A DNA stretch of 61,002 bases, counting the filler, from Sphacelaria rigidula (Eukaryota): assembly GCA_964200075.2 (NCBI GenBank). It is 5 parts of 5 records of this genome, joined end to end, with 100 filler letters (N's around TTAATTAATTAA, not from the genome) between each part and the next. Parts side by side here need not be neighbours in the genome. Positions count along the whole stretch, not along the records: positions 1 to 12,123 come from CAXNAA020004100.1; 4 more parts are not named here. One strand, 5' to 3'. The notes under the pieces were generated by a model. It was not told the DNA's origin. It did not search any database and saw only the letters and a list, made by a program, of their open reading frames with translations. The position numbers and the translations under genes are program-made. Shown here piece after piece: positions 1 to 11,062 of this stretch (position 1 is its first letter; the number at the start of each line of letters is the position of its first letter).

Positions 1-54
1 GTGTAAAATGGTATGCATGATCCAGAAAGACTAACCTCGCGGTCTAAGGGTTAA
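1..54. mobile_element. Right end of mini piggyBac-like MITE
   Basis: Ends GCGGTCTAAGGG|TTAA; matches the complete copy at 24450-24546. Confidence 0.7.
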
Positions 55-1690
55 CGGCAGTTATGATCATCGCCTTCGTGCACGTTTTTGGCCGGTTTTG
101 GGGGGGGGGCTATCTCGGCAGCAGTCCAACCGTGATTAAAAGGACTCTTGCGGTCTGAGGGAAAGCGGCCGCTTTGGGTCCGTCCAGACATTCGAAGATA
201 CTGAAAAAAAGCAATACCAAACTTTCCTGAGATGCGAATACCGTAAAAAATACAGAATGGAGTAGAAACTGACGGTTGAACGTTCTTATTAGAAAGCAAT
301 GGGCATCAAACGGTTTGCAGCGTGGAAGACGCGGAATTTCATAGTGGAGAACCTGTATGTTTCCCCGTGAGTTGTACCTGCGATTGGAAAAACTCTGCCG
401 TACTCCTTGTTTACCTGGCAGGAAGACAGGGAAGACTCAGTTCCTTAGACTGCTGGAGTCATTTTTATCACGTTTGAGTAGTTGAAAAAAGCGAACTGTT
501 TCGTTTATACAGAGATCGCAAACTACGCCGATCAGTCCACACACGTGGACAAATAGCACCCTGTAGGACGAGCTGCACAGGGTTCTCCACAGTCATTGTG
601 AAAACCCCTGTGTAGCATGTGCAAATCCTATTGCCTGTGATAGCATTTTGCATAGCGTTTTTGTCGAAACCTTGCAAGCAACCCTGTGGAGAGACCTTCC
701 CAATTTGGAAAATTCCAAATTATTTTGGTACAAAATCTGTAAATATATGTTTTTGGAATATCGTCTCCTGCTGTCCGAGATAAATTCCTTTTTGCCCGAT
801 TTTCAAAACAGATCCTTTTTTCGCCCAGTACTTTGGGCAAAAAAAAGATCTGTTTCGAACAGCAGTAGAAGCTCTTCGAAATATATCTTTTTTTCGTCCA
901 ATAAAAATGGGCGAGAATGGATCTATTTCGAACAGCTTTTTCTGCTGCGCAAATCCGATGCCCACGGGCAGATTTGGAGTTTGAACAGCAGAAGAATTTC
1001 GAAATAGATATTCACTTTGCCTTCCAATTCATCCGGAAGTTGGGCAAAAAGAGATCTACTGCGAACAGCGTCAGCTGGGCATATCCCGCATACTGCACCG
1101 TTATCAGCATATGGGATCCGACAAGCAGAAAAAAATGTTGAAAGTAATTAATCCTTTTGCCCCCCGGTCCATGCACATCGGCTGAAGGATGAATAATTCT
1201 CAACAGCTTTTGCTGAATGGAGATCCGACACACTGATTACGATCGAGTGTATGTCCACACGCCTACGAGTTTAGATACGACGCTCTTGCTCAAGACGTGG
1301 ATGTTTGGATGACGGTATATACCTCGCATTTGAGTGCACATTGGTTTTGAAAACCCCGTGGTCCGCAGTCTACCAAAATCACTCAACCGAGTATGCTTTT
1401 GTTTAGAGAGGTTTTTGTTTGATAGTTAATAGAAACACAAAGTAGATTCGCCGCGAAATATCAAATCAGGTAGCTCAACAGGCACCCCTACGCCCTCTCG
1501 TGCACAACATCGTGAGTTCGATTCTCACCTCTGCCACATCTTGACCGTTTTTTTCTCCTAGTACCATGCCCATGCTGTATGGAATATATTGTATGCGTGC
1601 TACAAAGGCTGCACAGCATATTCACAGCGATGAATTCTTCACGGAGTGACGAAACCCTGTGACGCGCCCTGTGTGGCACAAAATAATACC

Positions 1691-1819
1691 CTACAGTCAA
1701 ATTCCCGCGAGAAACCCTGCACAGTTTCCCTGAACCCTGTGAAGCGTGCTGTGGGGCGCAAAAACAAAAACTACAGCCAGATCCCCGCGAGAAACACTGC
1801 ACAGTTTCCCTGAACCCTG
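1691..1819. repeat. Direct duplication (~49-bp core, 80-bp period)
   Basis: CTACAG..CCCGCGAGAAACMCTGCACAGTTTCCCTGAACCCTG at 1691 and 1771. Confidence 0.75.
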
Positions 1820-2094
1820 CAGACTTGCCCCACAGGATGCTATTTGTCCACGTGTGCAGCAGAACGACGAAAGCTAGCTATGATCGGGTTTGCCTGTCGT
1901 ACTGCCGCCAGCGTTGCTTGAAAGCCACTAGACCTTTGAGGTCGGCGGTTGATGGCGTGGGTGTCAAATGCAACAAGTGGTTGATCATAGAGCACCATTG
2001 TTCTTCGTGGGTTCATGTGGTAACGCGTGACCTCGTCACATCGGAATGATTTCTCGAAAGCTACTGACCGAGGTGCTCACGCAGCCAGCGCGTG

Positions 2095-2541
2095 TGAAAC
2101 AGATCATAAGAAAAGGCCTGACGCATACCCAGAGTATTGGCAAGGCTTCTCAACAGCAGCTGTCTTGATGTACAGATGGCTGCCTCTAGATGCCTTGCAC
2201 GTATCCCCAAACCATTACGAGGTACCTGTATTCGATTGCCTTCTGGGTATAAGATCGTTGACCCGAGAGCTCAGCAGGGATGTGGTCAGCGGATTCTCAG
2301 TGATGAGGCAGTACAAGCAGTATAAGACAAGTCCCAGGATTGCAGAGTCGTGATGTCGTGTGTTGATTATTGCTGATACTAGGCCTAGACTCGGAAGGAA
2401 GTATCGACAACGAAGTGATCCTCGGGGGGTACTCCTCTGATTGCGTAAAACTGGAACATGACACATGTCTAGTCCTGGCAAACGGAGGAAGATGTAATGC
2501 TGCCTCGGGACGTGGGACGATTCCTGGATCGATCCGTGACA
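2095..2541 (-). repeat. 3' LTR of non-autonomous element
   Basis: Direct repeat of 4822-5268, about 8 mismatches by eye. Confidence 0.9.
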
Positions 2542-4821
2542 CCCCCCCTAGCCCTTTGAGCGATCCTCACGGATCGATGTACCAGCACGACACAAAACTA
2601 AAGCAAAAAACACTCCGGATGGCTCAAAACCCGCATAGGAGGAAAAAATCACCACCCCTAAATAGCTGAGTGATGTACAATGATCCGCGACACCCCCCTT
2701 AGCCCTTTCAGCGACCCTCGCGGATCGATAAAGTCCTGGTATGAAAAAAAAAAGGTCTCGAAAGGCGGATCAAAACCCGCATAGCAGGAAAAATCACGAC
2801 CACAAGACGGGGGAAACCCGGCGACGGGACAAAAACCCTCTGACGAAACGTGCCCTCTGTATCTAAGGCAGAACAAATAATGTCATCATGCGGGCAGATT
2901 AACCACCATAAGCCCCCACGGCCTCTGATGACATGAATGACATCATCCTTTCTGCGTGACGGAACAAAGAACAGTTGCTAGGCACTCCCGTGGTAAAACA
3001 TATCCATCCTCTCAACCCCGCGGGAAACAATTTTCACCGCAAAGTTTAAATCAAAATCAAGCATGAGCTGCCTCCTCTCCGTGGGGGGTCGTGTCGGCAG
3101 CTGGGGTGGGAGGGCTTCCAGCGGCGGCTGAAAACGGGAAATCCGACCACGGTCGTGGGCCTGCAGCTGTCCCGTGGCGTCCATACTTCCTCGTGAATAC
3201 ACGATCGGGTCAAGGGGAAAAAGAAAAATGGGGAGGGGATAGAGTGAGGGGTCAGTTCATGATATCATTGCAGTCAGCTCGATGGAGTTCGATGAGATAA
3301 TGAACTACCGAGCGCGGGAGGCCACCAGGCCGGACATTTTCTTCGGCCTGCAGATGACCCCCGAGGTCAGCCCCAACACGGCGGCTGCTACTCTAGCAGC
3401 CGTCAAGCATGCTACCCCCTTGACTAGACATGCACCGTAGGACGGGAAATATAAAAAAGAGGAAGAGAGACAACTTAAAGTCTCGAGAGCACATGGAGCA
3501 CAATGAGAACCGCTGCGGCTGCTAATAGATCAGCCCTCAAGAGTGTTGTACCCCGATCCCACACGCGCAGTATAACCTGAAGAACAGAAAAAGGAGAAAT
3601 AAAAAAAAGGCCAACACAAAGTGATGCTTACGCGTTACTGAGAGTTCATCATTCGTCGAGTGACCGAGCGCTGTTGGCACGCGGCAGTTGTGTGTGTGAG
3701 TGACAAGAATTGGCGATCATGATGTGCCGACAATTGCCAGTTCGCAGAATACAATGCACAGCGTCCAGTGAATCGTAACGAGCAGCGGACAGACAGCAAG
3801 CAACGGACGAGCATGACAGTGCAGTGTAACACGCATTATGTTGACGAGCAGCAGCACGATGGTAAACGAGCACTTTGTAAACAAAACGTGTGGAGTCAAC
3901 GTAATAGGTCACAGGCACGGTGCAACAGCCACGAGGATGCAAGTCACGAGTCGAAGCAAGCATAAAGGGGTGTAAAACACTAACTCCCTGACGACCAATA
4001 TGGGGACCCTCCCCGGGGGAAGGCTGTAAACGTGTACCGTCGCACACAGCTAAGTCCGACAAGTAGCCGGCTCTTAGTTGGAAATCATCCGATAGCACAG
4101 AAAAATGCGCTTGAGTCCCCAACGGGCTACAAAAATGAACGAATCCAGCAAACAACAGAGGCCTGGGTGGGTCGGTGAGCGGTCGCGCGCGCCAAAACTT
4201 GACAAATATAACACGCAGCGGCTAAACACCGGGAAGCAAGCGAGCATCGTCTTGCATGGAGCATCCGGACAACCCTGGGGTGCAGCAAAACAGGCAGGCT
4301 TCACGTCTGGATTGCTTTGCTCTGGTATCTCGACTCGTTAGCACCGTCACTTGGCTTTGGTCTCAACTCTGGCGTGGAGCTCAACTCGACAGACTTGCGA
4401 GCGCTCACATAAGCGATGTGCACAGAACATGAGGGCCGTTGGACAGGCAGACAAGGAAAGCAGTGTGCTAGCAAACTCAACATGGCTAGGACAACGCATT
4501 GTCCGTCGGGCACTGTCAGCAGCGCAAAATATGTCGAGTACGACCCACAATGACAGGGTTCTCCTGGAGTCTGCCTGTATGATAAGTACAATGTCCATGC
4601 CATGTGGGACGCTTAAACGCCATCGTCCTTCCTACCGTGAAGGCGGTGGCAGTTGGCTATAACAGAGAAAAAACGAAAAATGTTACCACTGTCTGTACTC
4701 CGATCAGCTTGCGGGAAAAATTCGAAAAAAATCATCACGACTGAAAACATAGCATACTGATATCCGGCAACCTCAAGCAGTCGGGTACCCGACCTACAGC
4801 CCTAGAGTCGGTTGGACACCC

Positions 4822-5268
4822 TGAAACCGGTAATAAGAAAAGGCCTGACGCATACCCAGAGTATTGGCAAGGCTTCTCAACAGCAGCTGTCTTGATGTAC
4901 AGATGGCTGCCTCTAGATGCCTTGCACGTATCCCCAAACCATTACGAGGTACCTGTATTCGATTGCCTTCTGGGTATAAGATCGTTGACCCGAGAGCTCA
5001 GTAGGGATGTGGTCAGCGCATTCTCAGTGATGAGGCAGTACAAGCAGTATAAGACAAGTCCCAGGATTGCAGAGTCGTGATGTCGTGTGTTGATTATTGC
5101 TGATGCTAGACCTAGACTCGGAAGGAAGTATCGACAACGAAGTGATCCTCGGGGGGTACTCCTCTGATTGCGTAAAACTGGAACATGACACATGTCTAGT
5201 CCTGGCAAACGGAGGAAGATGTAATGCTGCCTCGGGACGTGGGACGATTCCTAGATCGATCCGTGACA
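4822..5268 (-). repeat. 5' LTR of non-autonomous element
   Basis: Direct repeat of 2095-2541. Confidence 0.9.
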
Positions 5269-6057
5269 CGTGCTCCAGATTGCAGCATGGACGCACCCCT
5301 CTGCATCACGCCCGCAACGGTTAGATCACTACCATGGGTATCTTTTTTCACTGCGCATGTCAAGAAGGTCTCCACAAGTGTTTGATCTCTCATACGTCCC
5401 CCTCAACTGGCGTATGGCACGCTCTTCTGCTCGGGCACCCGGTTTGAGGGAGTTCGGCGAAAATCAACGATAAATAAGACCCCCTAAGTTCAAATTGGAT
5501 CTATCTGTTATCATTGCCGCAGCATCGCCCTTGCTGGCATGTGTGTGACAGAGAACAGTATAGTAGCGGTGACAGGAACATTGCCCTGTTTTTCAACGAC
5601 ATGCTTTTCAGCTCACAGAGGCGCGTCCTGTCGAAAAGGAGAGGCAGAGAGAAATCGATCTTCGCGTTGGCGGCAGGCAAGAAGAGGCGGAATCTCTCTG
5701 CACGTCGATGTTCTGGCACATGGAAAAATTGGCACATGCTGATATAATAACATCGATGATGCCAGTTCCTCGAGCGATTGGTAGTCGCCGAGCGAGGGAC
5801 ACGCAAAGGACACGGACGAGGAGCTTCCTCTCTGTCGTTGCTTCTCTCTCTGGTGATATCGTCATCGACACGCGTGCACACCGCATTCGTTAGGTGCACC
5901 TGGCCACAGCTGCTTGACTGCTGCGGACATCTGGGGGGGGGGAAGATGGCTTCGCACGGTCGTAAGTGTTTCGTGTTTTCCCTGCAAAAGAGAAATGCCA
6001 CTTCAACCTCATTTTTTAGATGGACCTCATTTTTTAGGATCTACTGTTATAGAGCAC

Positions 6058-6306
6058 TGTGACGCCATCAGGTTGCTAGTACTGCAGCATCTAATGCTGT
6101 TGAGGGACTCCCCAGTTCCACTGGCCTCAAGGTCTCAGTTGTCAGCCTTCACAACACCTTTATTATCCCCGGTTCAAACAACTGGAGCCCCGTACCGTCA
6201 GGCCTGGGCTACACAGCAAGGGTCATCATTCACAGGATGCCCTTGTCCCCTGGTCATCATCCAGGATCCACTATTTTATCAAACGTGACGGCGTGATTTC
6301 GGCACA
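6058..6306 (-). repeat. Gypsy 3' LTR
   Basis: Direct repeat of 10814-11062, about 16 mismatches by eye. Confidence 0.92.
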
Positions 6307-8607
6307 GCACCCCCAAAGCGCGTTGGACGAGAATCGAGCAACAAGTTTGACACTCAGAAAACTACCGCCAAAACGGTTGAGAAAGTCACAACTGAATCCC
6401 ACTATCGGCGTACGATCATAACGACGTCGATTCACTGTATCGAGCGCATATTTCGCCGGCGGCAACACGCCCACCCACTCGGGAACCGCTCTACGCTGCT
6501 CGAGAAGAACAGAGCTAAGAGCACGAACTACTTCCTTGACCATGCGTTCGCACGTACCGTTAGACCACGGACAATACGCTACCGCAAACTGGTGATAAAC
6601 GCGCAAAGCCTCTCGCAATCGGGCCAAGATCGTATTCTTCAAATGCGTGTCGGTGTCTCTCACCCACACACGGGGCACCCCCAAAGTTTTGCACCAATTC
6701 AGCAAAGTCGCAGCAGTCGATTCAGCAGTACACACTGCTACTGGTTCCAGAGGCACAAAGTTGCTCAAATCATCCATGATCACCAAAAGATATCGAAACC
6801 CTGCATTCTCCGACAAACCTTGGGAAGCTAGCGGATCCCTCTCGCCCACGTACAAGAAGTCAAAATGAACGACTTCATTCGGCGTGGTCCCATGGACCGT
6901 TTCGCAGAGCGGGTGGGGAACAACATCCCCCGCCCTCGAGTCAGCACAGTGAAGACACTGGTGGACAAACTCGCGCACGTTAGTTTCTATCCCCTGCCAG
7001 ACACAAAACTCTTGCAAGCGCACGAGTGTCGCAGCCACACCATGATGCCCGGCGTCGCGCATGTGCGCGCAAATCATCAGACGTACCTGCAACTGCTTGT
7101 CAGAACTCGGAATCCACAAAACGTTTCGACCACGCACATGCACACGAAACATACCTTCATTATCCAAAATAGCAGCGTCCGACTCGAAAGATTGAAAATC
7201 CGCATCTTCAGCCCCCCGGTCTTTTTGTTGCGCTTGGTGGACAATAGATTTGGACGGCATCGAGTCATCAGGTTCGCACGGACCATACACAGCCATGGTG
7301 CGCGCAGACAAGGAGGGAATATTTACCCAGCGCGACAGCAAGTCACCCCACGCGTTACGTTTACCCGAAATATGACAAATCGTGTACCAATACTGGCCTA
7401 GTACACCTTTCCACCCCTCCAATCGCTGTGCCAACGCCTTCGACACAGACGTCACGCATGCCTCCGGGTTGAAAATGTACGCTAGATTTCGGTGATCCGT
7501 GAAAATGTGTACGCCATTCCACAATAAATACTCAAGACGACGAAAAGTGCTCACGGTAGCAAAACCTTCTTTGTCAATGGTAGCCCAACGCATCTTTGAA
7601 CCCTTGACATTACCACTCAGAAAAGCCAGCGGTTCATGCGTCATGTCTTCAACCAGCAACCGTTGTTGCATTTCTGCATCAGGCACCTGCGTTACAAAAC
7701 TACCCCAATGGCACTCAAATGCATCCGGAAACATTGACACCTGGCAATCAGGACGAGGATGGAGTAGCGTCACGGCATGAGCCACCAGATCCTTCGCTGC
7801 CGCCCACGCCTGCAGCCTGCCCTCCGTCCACGATGCAGCCTTCTTCGGAAACCCCATATCTGGACTGGACCACCCCGCCTGCAAATTCCGTAACACCAAC
7901 CCGAGAGCCAAAAGAGCCGCCATGCACAATGCCAACCAACTCGACTTCACTGGATCGTACCACCGCGGCTTCGTCTTCACCGCGGACGCCCCAGGTTTTG
8001 GCTGAACACGCATGGGCTCCACGCGCGCAGGGGGGTCACCCCGCAGTGCACGACGAAACGCGTTGACGCGGCAATGCAATATGCCGCGCAGGCGCTCCGC
8101 TTTTGAGACGCTGAGGCTGTTCGCCCCAGCATCCATCACGCTCTCCTCCAGCGCGACTTTCCGAGCGGACTCCTCTTCCGCGGGATCAATAAATATCTCC
8201 GGACCGCGCTCTACCAAGTGTTCCACCGCCGCATCTCGCTCCTCGGTCACCTGCCCTCCATCCTCCTGAAAAGCATCCACCGACAAGCTCATGCGACGAC
8301 TACCCAAAACGGCGGGCGTCTCCGAGCGTGGACCAGGCGGAAACATCCGCGTCTTCATGAAGTCCCACAACTGCCGAGCGTTGACTCCACTCTCCTGAAC
8401 CATCGGCAACCCCAGAAGAATAACGCCATCCGACCGCGGCATGATCGCAAGCGAGATCGGAGGCAACTGCGCCGGCCCCCAGGAAGTCATCAAAGTCAGC
8501 TGCAGCGGAACAGTACGCTGTGACGTAAACATGCCGACCCGACGCGGTGACGGCCTGCCGCGCCCCGAGCGAAAACAGAGTGCGCATCGGCATGTAGAGT
8601 AGTCCAC
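6271..8607 (-). pseudogene. pol: Gypsy pol: protease C-term, RT N-term fused directly to RNase H, integrase
   Basis: VILLG protease motif; RT start PPARVEPMRV...WSSP..PKK; RNase H (FPDA..W, KEGFA, FTDHRNL); integrase HHCC (AHMRDAGH..CLHC) and DDE (HFDF..RD..NGTCER); no YxDD. Confidence 0.9.
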
Positions 8608-8840
8608 CTACAGTATCCATCATGTAGATATGCGGCGGATCCTGGATTGATTGTTTGGAGGATGACTATTGGATGCGTAACATATCGTGTTCGTGAGGAA
8701 AGCTCGTGAAGCTTACTTCTGGTTAACGAAGACTGCCGTTTGTATAACTGCTTGAAGTCTTGAAGTCTCTGGAGCCCGTGACTGGGAGGAAGCCTCTGGA
8801 GCAGCACTGTAATCTTGTCCTGATTGCAGGCAGGTTCACA
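8593..8840. mobile_element. Solo LTR of a different family inserted in the Gypsy protease
   Basis: TGT...ACA ends, 248 bp, TSD GGCA (8589-8592/8841-8844); removal restores frame LPPGVP-MRT. Confidence 0.85.
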
Positions 8841-10551
8841 GGCACACCCGGGGGAAGACGCTCGAACATCTCTACAATCTGTACCGACAGATTCACATGA
8901 TCCGTCCAGTGGGCACCAGAACCCAACTTAGCCTCTACCGCAATGGCTCCCCGCGCCCGGTGATTCGGGAGATATGACCCGGCAGGAATATATTTGCCTT
9001 GATACTCGACCGGCACCTGCTCCGCCGACTGATTGTTCGTGATCCTCACTTGGCGCCACGGCTGCGTGTGCGGCGCAGGCATAGACGCCCCCGCTGGGCT
9101 CACCGGCACCGCCGGCAGGTACGAAGCCCCGCCTGCAGAACCAAATTTTAGTGGTACTCCAGCCGACGCAGCAGCGGATCCAAATTTCAGCTGAAATTCG
9201 GCCGGCTCAGCAGCAGGCGTCTCGCCCAGCTCTGGTGCCGGTGGCGCCGGCATTGAGCCCGACACTAGAGTGGTCGGTCCGACCTGCACCGCCCGTTGTG
9301 GAGCAGTAGCCCCTGCGGCTGAGCCGGACCCAGAACCGGACCCCTTCTGACGCCGCTGCCCCTGCTGCTGCTGCTGTTGGAAACTCGACTGTACACCTCC
9401 ACCGCTGGAGGATTCGCCTCCGCCACCACCCCGATTTTCTTTCCCTCTCCTTTGTGATTGCGAGGGCACGCGGCACTCGTCTGCCCAGACTCCCTCTCAG
9501 AAGCCGTTGGGCACTTCCGTGCGATGTCACCTACTTGACCACACTGATAGCAAGTAATATTGGCGGCAGCACTGCCTGCGGATTTTAATCCGCGGTTACG
9601 CGACACTTTCTACGATACCCCCCCCAAAAAAAAGTGCATGGTTTTGGGAGGCAAAATCCTCACGGAAATCGAAATGGGAGAAGCCGAGCACAACGAGAAG
9701 CTGGGAATTCCNNNNNNNNNNGGCCATTTATTTCGTGACACTTTTAGCTGGTTTTGGGGGGGGGGGCTATCGCAGAAAGTGTCACGCGAGCTCGAAGACT
9801 GGGGCGACGAAGTGGATGATTTTCCGAATACTTCGACCCGCCGCCATGCCTAGGCTTCAGTCACCACGGTATCCATAACTAAGTACGGGTCTGACTTCCA
9901 GTTTGTTTCGTGCTGTAACAACACAAGCACGGCCTGCTTGGATTCCGCCGGTGCCAGACCCTCCACCATCGCTTTCGTGATCACCGCAGCGGGCCCTGGG
10001 CGGAATTTTCCATCGGAGGAACGATAAACCATCTCTAGGTTGGGATTTTCCGAAAAGTATGTCTCTAACTTACTCATTAATTGCTCCACCCTCTCACGCA
10101 TGGTCCTCCCCTTGTGGTTCATTGCGACAGCCCTCGCCACGGCCGCGGACGCCTGTGTTAGCTCTTCCTCTGCGCCCGCCGCATGCCCTGCATGCTTCTT
10201 TATCGCTGCGGCCAATTGCAGCGGCGTTATGGTATACTTTTCATGGAATCTTCTCGCAAAGACGCGTTGAAGGGGGGTAGGCACGAGTTGCGCCATGGAA
10301 ACCACCTGGTGCCTTACCGCACCCCCCGCATGCGCATGCTCCACCCTCTTCATATATTCCACGTATTTCGTGTAAAACGAACGAGAAGCACCCTCAGAAT
10401 ACAAACTCTCGTAACTGGGCGGCCGCAACTCTTCCCTCAGAACGACTGGGGTTACAGTCGTCTCCGCTGGCTCTATTGCCGGTACCTCGGTAGTCGACAT
10501 TCTCGAGCGGACAATCGAAGATTTCTGGACCTTCTCGAACTCACAATTCAC
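8841..10551 (-). pseudogene. gag: Gypsy gag (capsid-like, CCHC knuckle) and protease N-term
   Basis: ORF 9850-10551; TAG at 9850; knuckle CYQCGQVGDIARKC (H>D); frameshift into ORF 8723-9469 with AKLGSGA (degenerate D-S-G site); interrupted by MITE. Confidence 0.8.
9602..9783. mobile_element. MITE with GACACTTTCT TIRs and 4-bp TSD
   Basis: TSD ACGC (9598-9601/9784-9787); removal restores gag frame; second copy at 20307-20523; contains a 10-N gap. Confidence 0.85.
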
Positions 10552-10813
10552 ACCTGCCTCCTTCGCCGCTCCACACAGCCCTGGGGTTCTTTAAACCCGC
10601 TGCACGCAGCTCCAGCAAGTCTCCAGTCTGGATCAATCACGGGCCAGCCGCCTTTGCAGCTACCTCAGCTTGAAACCTCCACACTCGTCCGTAAAGCTAT
10701 ATGCCCGAAGCTATCACAAGCTGTCCAGACTCCTCCCTGCTGAAAACTTTCCAGCAGTCTCCTAACGATAGCACAACTAGCACAACTAGCACAACTAGCA
10801 TTAATATCGATCT

Positions 10814-11062
10814 TGTGACGCCATCAGGTTGCTAGTACTGCAGCGTCTAATGCTGTTGAGGGATTCCCCAGTTCCACTGGCCTCAAGGTCTCAATTGTCA
10901 GCCTTTACAACACCTTTACTATTCCCGGAGTAAACAGCTGCAGCCCCGTACCGTCAGGCCTGGGTTACACAGCAAGGGTCATCATCCACAGGATGCCCTT
11001 GTCCCCTGGTCATCATCCAGGATTCACTATTTTATCAAACGTGAAGGCGTGATTTCGTCACA
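10814..11062 (-). repeat. Gypsy 5' LTR
   Basis: Direct repeat of 6058-6306. Confidence 0.92.

Larger units (their letters stand above)
2095..5268 (-). mobile_element. Non-autonomous LTR retroelement (LARD/large TRIM-like)
   Basis: 447-bp LTRs with TG...CA ends; TSD CGTG (2091-2094/5269-5272); empty site at 11171-11185; G-rich PPT on minus strand next to 2541; no recognisable gag/pol inside. Confidence 0.9.
1988..6050. repeat. Host tandem-repeat unit 1 (1988-2094 + 5269-6050), interrupted by LTR element
   Basis: 1992-2094 matches 11063-11178 and 5269-6050 matches 11175-12050. Confidence 0.8.
6058..11062 (-). mobile_element. Ty3/Gypsy LTR retrotransposon, degenerate (RT core deleted)
   Basis: 249-bp LTRs TGTGACG...CGKCACA; TSD GCAC (6054-6057/11063-11066); empty site at 1988-2010; order gag-PR-(RT)-RH-IN on minus strand. 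Confidence 0.95.

Noticed and set aside
2095..2541. Hammerhead ribozyme (retrozyme) in the LTRs of the non-coding element
   Set aside because: No CTGANGA...GAAA core with flanking stems found by eye on either strand
2027..5324. Duplicated ORFs (MYRWLPLDALH..., MPGLDMCH...) as a gene pair
   Set aside because: They are translations of the two LTR copies
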